Shown here piece by piece: positions 16,119-22,999 of a stretch of 39,831 bases of DNA; the stretch's first letter is position 1; every line of letters starts with the position of its first letter. The DNA is taken from IMG/VR virus record IMGVR_UViG_3300037852_000238. One strand, 5' to 3'. The translations under genes were made by a program, and so were the position numbers. Under the pieces are notes generated by a model that was given only the letters and a program-made list of their open reading frames with translations, was not told where the DNA came from and searched no databases. This stretch comes from a virus (Duplodnaviria > Heunggongvirae > Uroviricota > Caudoviricetes).

Positions 16119-16823
16119 ATGAGCCTAGTCGAGCCAGCCCCATCACCCGCGATCTTATCCCTAACGCTAGCTCTCGAAAACCCCAAAGAACCCCCCTGCC
16201 ACGTCGCCCTGGTCCGCTCCGGCCGCGAGGCCGCGGTCGCCGCGTCCCTCACCCAGACCCACCGCACTTTCTACCCCAAGCTCCGCGTCGTCACCCACCG
16301 TTTCGGGCAGAAGGTCGAGCGCCTGGTGCCGATGGTAAGCGGCTACGTCTTCGTCTGGTTCGCCGGCCCCGAGGCCTGGCACCGCGTGCGCCGGACCGAG
16401 GGCGTGTACGCCGTACTGGGCGACGACGAGCCGGTGACGATATCGGGTTGGTTTCAGGATAACGGTAGGGATGGCCGGCGCTGGGTGACCCTCGAAGAGT
16501 GGATGAGCGAGTTCGACGCCACTGGCGCGAGGCTGGTCGAGGCTTCGGAGATCGCCGACACCAGCATCAACTACGTGGCTGGTGATTGTGTACGTATCCT
16601 CTCGGGTCCATTCTCAGGTTTCTTCGGCCGCGTTACTTGGCTCGATCGATACGTCGCGCGGCTGGAGACGCGTATATTTGGTCGTGATACGGCGACGACC
16701 GTCGAGCACGGTTCCCTATTGCGGGCTACCCGCCGCGAGGCGGAGGACGCGGGGATGTTGCGGCCGTCTTACCGCTCGCCGGGCTCCGGTAAGAAATCGG
16801 TTTACGCCGGGGCCAGGGTATAG
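16119..16823 (+). CDS. NusG/RfaH-family transcription elongation (antitermination) factor
   Basis: NGN domain (VRSGRE...FYP...PMVSGYVFV...VRRTEGVYAVLG) and KOW (GDCVRILSGPFSGFFGRV...IFGR). Confidence 0.85.
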   Translation: MSLVEPAPSPAILSLTLALENPKEPPCHVALVRSGREAAVAASLTQTHRTFYPKLRVVTHRFGQKVERLVPMVSGYVFVWFAGPEAWHRVRRTEGVYAVLGDDEPVTISGWFQDNGRDGRRWVTLEEWMSEFDATGARLVEASEIADTSINYVAGDCVRILSGPFSGFFGRVTWLDRYVARLETRIFGRDTATTVEHGSLLRATRREAEDAGMLRPSYRSPGSGKKSVYAGARV

Positions 16824-16948
16824 TAAGGGTTATGGCTTAGGTTTGATTTGCGCTACGGAATCGTTCGGGGTCCGTCGCGGATTTCGTTCAGCTTCCGGCC
16901 CCGCTGGCGCCAAAAAGCGGGTAAGGGGAATTTGTCCCTAAAGCCGAA

Positions 16949-17848
16949 ATGCCCCGCCCCCACCCCAAGCCCAGAACCCAAGCCCTCGCCTCCTCCGAGC
17001 CCACCGCCGAGGAGCGCCGGCTCGCCACCGAGTATGCGGTTGACCTCGATCTAGCCGCTGCCGCCGTCCGCGCCGCCGTCCCACCCTCCACCGCCCGCCG
17101 CCTGTTCCCCACCGACCGCTTCCAGTTGGCGCTGCGCCGCGAGGTCTTGCGCCGCCAGACCGCGACGCAGATCTACGCCGATGACGTGCTGCGCTGCTGG
17201 GAGGCCGCGCGCCGGGTCGATTACCGCCGGTTTTCTGGTTTGTGGCACGTGCCGTGCCGGCGTTGTTGGGGCTTCGAGCACCAGCATCAGTTCAAGGATC
17301 ACGAGTTCGTCGAGGCGCGCGCCGAGCACGCGGCGACAATGATGAAGCGTAAAGAGGCCAACCGCGTGCCGTTTGACGAGCGTGGTGGCCCCGGCTACAC
17401 GATTAACCGCGCACCCTGTCGCGGGCCGGACTGGGCTGCGTTCATGGACCAGCGTGACCCGAGCCGGACGCACGAGGCGAGCGCGGACCACAGCTGCCCC
17501 GCGTGCCACGGCCACGGCGAGCCGCACCCTTACTTCGCGGACACCGACACGCTGACCGCGGCCGAGGCTTACGTCTATCAGGGCGTCGAGCGCGGCGCCA
17601 ATGGCGCGATCAAGTACGACCTCCGGCCGCGCGCCGACTTCGACAAGATGATCGGCCAGCACATGGGCCTGCTCGACCGCGAGGGGCGCGCGTTGGAGGG
17701 GGCGACCGTCGACGATATCGACGCGGAGTTGGAGAGGCGCGGCAAGAAGATCCAGGTCGTCGATGTCGAGTTTGAGGAGCTACAGCACGGAGCAGCTGAT
17801 CGCGCTGAGGAAGCGCAAGCTGCTGGAGGCGAGCCCGCAGTCGAGTAA
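16949..17848 (+). CDS. terS: Terminase small subunit
   Basis: Directly upstream of TerL. N-terminal EYAVDL..AAAAVRA; CRRCWG...GG.GY...CPACHGHG...DT..L......YQG pattern of Zn-insert TerS proteins. Confidence 0.8.
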   Translation: MPRPHPKPRTQALASSEPTAEERRLATEYAVDLDLAAAAVRAAVPPSTARRLFPTDRFQLALRREVLRRQTATQIYADDVLRCWEAARRVDYRRFSGLWHVPCRRCWGFEHQHQFKDHEFVEARAEHAATMMKRKEANRVPFDERGGPGYTINRAPCRGPDWAAFMDQRDPSRTHEASADHSCPACHGHGEPHPYFADTDTLTAAEAYVYQGVERGANGAIKYDLRPRADFDKMIGQHMGLLDREGRALEGATVDDIDAELERRGKKIQVVDVEFEELQHGAADRAEEAQAAGGEPAVE

Positions 17849-20162
17849 CGATCCGGACCTGGAGTGGGCGCGTTCCTACGCCGGCCGGCCGATCGAGTTT
17901 CTTTGCGAGATCTCCCCAAAGTGGGCCGGCCCGGACTGGGCTGCGTGGCGTGCTTTCGTCAAGGTGCTGTTCGGGGTGTCGCTGACTGCCGCCGAGCACG
18001 AAACGTACGCCACGTGCACCGAGCTCGCCGAGGAGTGCGGCCCGTACCGCGAGGCGTGGCTGCCGATCGGCCGGCGCGGCGGCAAGAGCGAGACGCTCGC
18101 GATGATCGCCGTGTACCTGGCGGTCTGCTTCGACTGGACCCGGTACCTCGCCGCGGGGCAGTTCGGCTACGTCAGCGTGCTGAGCGATAGCAAGGCGCAC
18201 GCCGGCGAGATCATGAACTACGTCAAAGGCCTGCTGGGCCACCCGCGGCTCAACTCGCTGACCAACCGCGATCTGGCGGAGACCGTTGAGGTCAAGGGTC
18301 AGGTTCGCATCCAGGTTGTGACGGCTTCGATCAAGGCGGTCCGCGCTCGCACCGTGATCGCGGCGCTCTGTGTGGCCGAAGGAACGTTGGTCGAGACGAA
18401 GAGCGGTCCGTGGCCGATAGAGGTCGTTCGGGCTGGCGATATGGTCTGGACGCGTACGGGGCTTCGATCCGTGATCGCAGCTGGTATGACCAGCCCGTCG
18501 GCTGAAGTTCGGCGAGTCAAGTTCTCCAACGGGTGTGACTTAGTCGCGACGCCAGACCACCCCGTTTTCGTTAGGCAAAAGGGGTTTATCGCGGTAAGCT
18601 CGTTGCGAAACGGCGACGAGGTACTAGTATGGGATCGGTCTGCTTTGACTGCGGCGCCAGGATCGATCGGAGAAGCCAGCGCTGCAAGTCGTGCGCCTCT
18701 AAGCTGCGCCAACGAGAGCTCCGGAAGCGGCTCCCTCCCGCCGACGGGGTTCGGATTGTCGAGTGGGGCGGCCAGCGGTGGTACATGTCGAAAGACAGCT
18801 ACTATCGGAACAGGACGCGACAGCTGCTTCACCGCCAGGTTTACATGGCGAAACACGGTTCGATCCCTCCGGGTTACGACGTCGTGGTTCACCACGAAAA
18901 CCACGATAAGGCGGATTTTTCGATCGATAACCTGCGCGGTGTCTCGGTATCTGAGCGCCTCATCGAGCATGGCGTTCGCGGTTTTACCGCTTGGGGTCCC
19001 GGTGACGAGCGGCATTCGAAGAGAGTTCTTACTATGTGGGCGAACCGAAAGCCGGTCGCGCGCGAGTGTGCCGTCTGCGGAAATCCTTTCGAGTCGATCG
19101 GGATGCGCTCGAAGTACTGTGGTTCTACGTGTAGAAGTCGTGCCGGAAAGGGTAAGCGTCTACAATCTAAAGGTTGCTGATACTCCGGAATACTTCGTAA
19201 ACGGTGTATTAACCCATAATTGCGACGAAATAGCTTTCTGGGAGAGCTCCGAGGAGGCCGCCAACCCGGATGTCGAGATCCTGCGGGGTCTGCGCCCGGC
19301 GATGGCGACGATCCCTAACGCGATCTTCCTGGGCGCCAGCTCGCGCTACGCGCGCCGCGGGGCGCTCTGGGAGGCGTACCGGGACCACTACGGCAAGCCG
19401 GGCGGCTCGCTGGTGTGGGCCGCGGACACGGTTACGATGCACCCGTCGATCGACCGCGGGTTCATCGCCGCCGAGTACGCTAAGGACCCGACCGCCGCCG
19501 CGGCCGAGTATGGGTTGGAGTGGCGCTCCGATGTCGCCGAGTTCATCCAGCGCGAGCGGGTCGAGGCGCTGGTCGTCGCGGGCCGCTACGAGCTGCCCTA
19601 CGTTCCCGGCACGCGCTACCACGCGTTCTTCGACGCCGCGGGCGGTTCCGGCGAGGACAGCATGACGCTGGGGATCGCGCACCGCGACCCGCGCACCACT
19701 AACGGCGTGCTAGACTTGTTGCGCGAGCGCCGCCCGCCGTTCGACCCGGAGACCGTGGTCGAGGAGTTCGCGGCGGACGTGAAGGCTTATCGCGTCCAGG
19801 CGGTCCACGGCGACCGCTACGCGGGCGACTGGCCCGGCTCGCAGTTCCGCAAGCGTGGCGTCGGCTACCGCGCGAACGAGAAGACCGCCAGCGATTTCTA
19901 CCGTGAGGCATTGCCGCTCCTGAACGGAGGTAAGGTTGAGTTGCTCGACGATAAGCGGTTCATCGGGCAGGTTTGCAACCTGGAGCGGAAGGTCTCGCGT
20001 TTGGGAAAAGACACGATCAGCCATCCGCCAAGGCAGCACGACGACCTCGCCAACGTCGGGCTCGGCGCGCTGGTGCTGGCGGCGGGCTCGCGCGGGGTGA
20101 CGTTCTTTTCGAGCGAGGCTGTGGATAAGCTGGCAGCACTCTCCGCCGCTGGGAGAGCATAG
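17763..20162 (+). CDS. terL: Terminase large subunit precursor containing an intein (799 aa; about 515 aa after splicing)
   Basis: Walker A IGRRGGKS. Walker B VIAAL/CDE is reconstituted only after intein removal. RNase H-like nuclease motifs FDAAGG..D and HDDLAN. Confidence 0.92.
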   Translation: MSSLRSYSTEQLIALRKRKLLEASPQSSNDPDLEWARSYAGRPIEFLCEISPKWAGPDWAAWRAFVKVLFGVSLTAAEHETYATCTELAEECGPYREAWLPIGRRGGKSETLAMIAVYLAVCFDWTRYLAAGQFGYVSVLSDSKAHAGEIMNYVKGLLGHPRLNSLTNRDLAETVEVKGQVRIQVVTASIKAVRARTVIAALCVAEGTLVETKSGPWPIEVVRAGDMVWTRTGLRSVIAAGMTSPSAEVRRVKFSNGCDLVATPDHPVFVRQKGFIAVSSLRNGDEVLVWDRSALTAAPGSIGEASAASRAPLSCANESSGSGSLPPTGFGLSSGAASGGTCRKTATIGTGRDSCFTARFTWRNTVRSLRVTTSWFTTKTTIRRIFRSITCAVSRYLSASSSMAFAVLPLGVPVTSGIRREFLLCGRTESRSRASVPSAEILSSRSGCARSTVVLRVEVVPERVSVYNLKVADTPEYFVNGVLTHNCDEIAFWESSEEAANPDVEILRGLRPAMATIPNAIFLGASSRYARRGALWEAYRDHYGKPGGSLVWAADTVTMHPSIDRGFIAAEYAKDPTAAAAEYGLEWRSDVAEFIQRERVEALVVAGRYELPYVPGTRYHAFFDAAGGSGEDSMTLGIAHRDPRTTNGVLDLLRERRPPFDPETVVEEFAADVKAYRVQAVHGDRYAGDWPGSQFRKRGVGYRANEKTASDFYREALPLLNGGKVELLDDKRFIGQVCNLERKVSRLGKDTISHPPRQHDDLANVGLGALVLAAGSRGVTFFSSEAVDKLAALSAAGRA
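18369..19220 (+). mobile_element. Class 1 intein (284 aa) inserted at the TerL Walker B
   Basis: Block A CVAEGTLVET (Cys1), block B LVATPDHPVFV (TxxH), block F VYNLKV...YFVNG, block G THN followed by Cys+1 (19221). Lower GC than the exteins. Confidence 0.93.
18629..19180 (+). CDS. HNH-type homing endonuclease with N- and C-terminal Zn fingers, encoded out of frame inside the intein (183 aa)
   Basis: LHRQVY...HG.IP.GY..VVHHENHDK.D...DNL (HNH_3-like); CFDC..CKSC and CAVC..YCGSTC. GAGGT SD at 18618-18622, ATG 18629, TGA 19178-19180; frame offset +2 relative to TerL. Confidence 0.85.
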   Translation: MGSVCFDCGARIDRRSQRCKSCASKLRQRELRKRLPPADGVRIVEWGGQRWYMSKDSYYRNRTRQLLHRQVYMAKHGSIPPGYDVVVHHENHDKADFSIDNLRGVSVSERLIEHGVRGFTAWGPGDERHSKRVLTMWANRKPVARECAVCGNPFESIGMRSKYCGSTCRSRAGKGKRLQSKGC

Positions 20163-21908
20163 TTGGCTGCCAGTAAGCGTCGCCGGCCTATCCTCGCGGC
20201 CGTAGCCGCTTCCGTCGAGCCCAAGGAGACCGAGGCCGATCGTCGCCGGTTGCTTTCCGCCGGCTACTTGAGCTTAGCGAACGCGTCGGCCCGCGCTGCC
20301 GGCGTCCGGCCCGAGACCGAGAACCCGTTTCGCTTCGCTGACGTACCGCCCGGCGTGCTGCCGCGTACGGTCAAGCCGCTGGCGCAGGATGCCCGGCTGG
20401 CGAGCCGCTCGACCTGGGCCGCCGAGCATCGCTACGCGCAGGACGAGCAGGTCATCCAGTTCCTGCCCTCGCTAGGCTTCGCCGGTTACGGGCAGGCCCT
20501 GGCGAACGGCTATGGTTACCTGGGCTACTCGTACCTAGCTGAGTTGGCGCAGGTGCCTGAGTACCGGGTCATCAGCGAGACGATCGCGACCGAGCTGACG
20601 CGCGAGTGGATCGAGATCCGCTCCACGACGCACCGGGACCGGCGCAAGTTGCCCGCCGAGAAGGCCCAAAAGATCGAGAAGATCGAGGAGGCCGCCGACA
20701 ACCTCCACGTCAAAGACAAGTTCCGCGAGGTGGCCGAGCTTGACGGGTTCATGGGGCGGTCGCACCTCTACCTGGACACAGGCCAGACCGAACAGCGCGA
20801 CGAGCTGAAGCTGCCGATCGGCGACGGACAGAGCAAGCTCTCGCAGGGTAAGGTCTCGCCGAAGGCGCCGCTCAAGGCGCTGCGCGCGGTCGAGGCGACG
20901 TGGTGCTATCCGACGCGGTACAACTCGGATAATCCGCTGCGCGACGACTGGTACAAGCCGCGGGCGTGGTTCGTCATGGGGACCGAACTCCACGTCTCGC
21001 GCCTGCTGCCGTTCATCGGCCGCGAGGTGCCGGACCTGCTCAAGCCGGCGTACAACTTCGGCGGCCTCAGCCTGAGTCAGATGGCCAAGCCGTACGTCGA
21101 CAACTGGCTGCGCACGCGCCAAGCTGTGGCCGACCTGATCTGGTCGTACTCGACCAACGTGCTGTTCACCGATCTTCAGACGCTGCTCCAGGGCGGGACG
21201 GACGCCGAGGCGATCCTGAATCGCGTGCGGGCGTTCAATAACCTGCGCAATAATCAGGGCACGCTGGTCGTCAACAAGGAAACCGAGGACTGGAAGAACG
21301 TCTCGGCGCCGATTGCCGGGTTGCACGAGCTTCAGGCTCAGGCGCAAGAGCACATGGCGGCGGTCAGCCGCATCCCGTTGGTCAAGCTTCTTGGCATCCA
21401 GCCGACCGGACTCAACGCGAGCTCCGAGGGCGAGATCCGGACGTTCTACGACACGATCGCGGCGTATCAGGAGAAGTACTTCCGCGCGCCGTTGACAACT
21501 GTGCTGAACTTCATCCAGCTCTCGCTGTTCGGTGAGGTGGACCCGGAGATCGCGTTCGATTTCAAGCCACTCTGGCAGCTGGACGAGGTCGCCGAGGCCG
21601 GGGTTCAGCAGGTGAAGGCCGCGACCCGCGAGACGGATATCGCTGCCGGCGTGATCGACGCTGAGGAAGGTCGCGAAGCGGTCGCGGCTGATCAGAAGTC
21701 CCAGTACTCGGGGCTCGATCTGCGGGAGCGTGGAGCTCCGGGTGAATTAGGTGCCGAGGGTGAAGAAGGCCTCTTCGGCGAGGGGGAAACCCCCGAGGAG
21801 GAGCTGGGCGGCCCGAAGCCGAAGGGTGGCGGTCGCCTGGCCGCCGCTGTAACTGGTCGTGCCGCCGAGTTCGGCAGCCCGGCGACGGGTGGGTTCAGCG
21901 ACAAGTGA
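20163..21908 (+). CDS. Portal protein (DUF1073-type)
   Basis: Follows TerL. YLAELAQVPEYR...A.ELTREWI, RLL.F.G..VP, SRIPLVKLLG.QP.GLNAS.EGE...FYD.I motifs. Confidence 0.88.
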   Translation: MAASKRRRPILAAVAASVEPKETEADRRRLLSAGYLSLANASARAAGVRPETENPFRFADVPPGVLPRTVKPLAQDARLASRSTWAAEHRYAQDEQVIQFLPSLGFAGYGQALANGYGYLGYSYLAELAQVPEYRVISETIATELTREWIEIRSTTHRDRRKLPAEKAQKIEKIEEAADNLHVKDKFREVAELDGFMGRSHLYLDTGQTEQRDELKLPIGDGQSKLSQGKVSPKAPLKALRAVEATWCYPTRYNSDNPLRDDWYKPRAWFVMGTELHVSRLLPFIGREVPDLLKPAYNFGGLSLSQMAKPYVDNWLRTRQAVADLIWSYSTNVLFTDLQTLLQGGTDAEAILNRVRAFNNLRNNQGTLVVNKETEDWKNVSAPIAGLHELQAQAQEHMAAVSRIPLVKLLGIQPTGLNASSEGEIRTFYDTIAAYQEKYFRAPLTTVLNFIQLSLFGEVDPEIAFDFKPLWQLDEVAEAGVQQVKAATRETDIAAGVIDAEEGREAVAADQKSQYSGLDLRERGAPGELGAEGEEGLFGEGETPEEELGGPKPKGGGRLAAAVTGRAAEFGSPATGGFSDK

Positions 21909-22879
21909 TCACCTATGCCCTAGCCCGCGCCTACCCAACTTACCGCAGCCTGCTCCCGGCCGGTTTCGACCGCCTCCACACGGCCTGGCCGCAAGCCAAG
22001 ATCAACCGCGTCGAGCTGTTCGCCCCCGGCCCCGACGACCTCTCGATCGGCAACGTCGACGAGCCCGGCACGGTGAAGCTGAGCGCGCGCTGGTTCGGTG
22101 TCGACCCTGAGGTGTTGGTCCGCGCCGCGCGCACGCTGCCGCTGTTTCACGGGCCGCTGACGGCGCAACCCGGTCAAGCAATCGCGCACGAATATGGCCA
22201 TTGCCTGCTCGACGGGCTCGGGAAGGGCGCTCAGGAACGTAACCGCGAGCGTTGGGCCGCCGCGACGCGCGATCCGAGCCTGGCGCCGGGGCCGTACGCG
22301 CTGGCCGCGTCCGGTGACGAGTACTTCAGCGAGCTGTTCGCCGCGCTCGACCTTGGCGTCATTACGCCGCCACAGCGGGCTGTGCTCGATTATATTTTAG
22401 GGAAAGTTATAACCCAGGATGCATCTTGGGAAGAGTCAAATCACCCTCGTGACAAAGACGGTAAGTTTTCGATTACAGCCTATCATGGGGCTAATGAGCG
22501 TTTTGAGGAATTTGACTCTCTAAAGATCGGTTCTTCAACAGACCCTGGATATTTGGGGAAGGGATTTTATTTTTCTACGGATTATAACGTTACTCGTAGT
22601 TCTAAGCACGCAATGAAGGTTGATTTGGGATTATCAAATCCATTGGTTATAAAATATCCAAATTGGGGCGCCAGTAAACAGGAGATGGTGCGGGATAAGT
22701 TAAAGCTTCCCGCCGATGCTTCTCCAGAGATTGTCACTAAACAATTGAAAAAATCCGGTTACGACTCGGTGGTTTTGGACTATTCTCCTGTTGGATATTT
22801 ACATCAAGAGATTATGACTCCTGATCCTGAGCAGATTAGTTTCGTTAAACATTTGCCGCCAGCTGAAAACCCTAAATAA
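21905..22879 (+). CDS. Zincin metallopeptidase + WEES.HPRD..GKF linker + ADP-ribosyltransferase-like domain
   Basis: HEYGH (22187-22201) with downstream E.FSE; HPRDKDGKF at 22442-22468; AYHG...F..F....G...G.GFYFS...GYDSV...HQE ART-like pattern. The C-terminal half is much lower in GC. Confidence 0.7.
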   Translation: MITYALARAYPTYRSLLPAGFDRLHTAWPQAKINRVELFAPGPDDLSIGNVDEPGTVKLSARWFGVDPEVLVRAARTLPLFHGPLTAQPGQAIAHEYGHCLLDGLGKGAQERNRERWAAATRDPSLAPGPYALAASGDEYFSELFAALDLGVITPPQRAVLDYILGKVITQDASWEESNHPRDKDGKFSITAYHGANERFEEFDSLKIGSSTDPGYLGKGFYFSTDYNVTRSSKHAMKVDLGLSNPLVIKYPNWGASKQEMVRDKLKLPADASPEIVTKQLKKSGYDSVVLDYSPVGYLHQEIMTPDPEQISFVKHLPPAENPK

Positions 22880-22999
22880 TCACGGGAGTTACTACCCATT
22901 GACACGCCGCGTAACCTTGCGCCCATCTGCACGCTCTGCGCTCGAAATCTGCGCAATCGCACCGGCATCGGGCTCGCGTGCGACGCATACCCGCGCGGC

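Noticed and set aside
17426-17946. 16-nt exact repeat CCGGACTGGGCTGCGT (GPDWAA) in both terS (17426) and terL (17931)
   Set aside because: One 16-mer match is plausible by chance in 40 kb of GC-rich DNA, and flanking similarity does not extend.
18610-18640. Programmed frameshift fusing the intein N-terminus to the HNH frame
   Set aside because: No slippery heptamer at the junction; an SD and ATG explain independent initiation more simply.
18299-19015. 238-aa minus-strand ORF over the intein (a possible third coding frame)
   Set aside because: No recognisable motif, RBS or promoter; antisense shadow of a doubly constrained region.
20535-21353. Long antisense ORFs over portal, protease, scaffold and helicase (also 23147-23905, 24530-25144, 25644-26480, 10957-12054)
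   Set aside because: Expected in high-GC DNA, where the reverse frame lacks stops; no motifs or expression signals.
20163-21908. Anti-CBASS (Acb1) function for the DUF1073-type protein
   Set aside because: Size, position after terL and motifs fit a portal; I see no separate 2H-phosphoesterase (HxT...HxT) domain.
10126-22879. Genome-wide TAA recoding, suggested by two in-frame TAA codons (10128, 22877)
   Set aside because: Many clear genes end in TAA with coupled downstream starts (e.g. 616, 7804, 26630, 27647), and no suppressor tRNA is seen.
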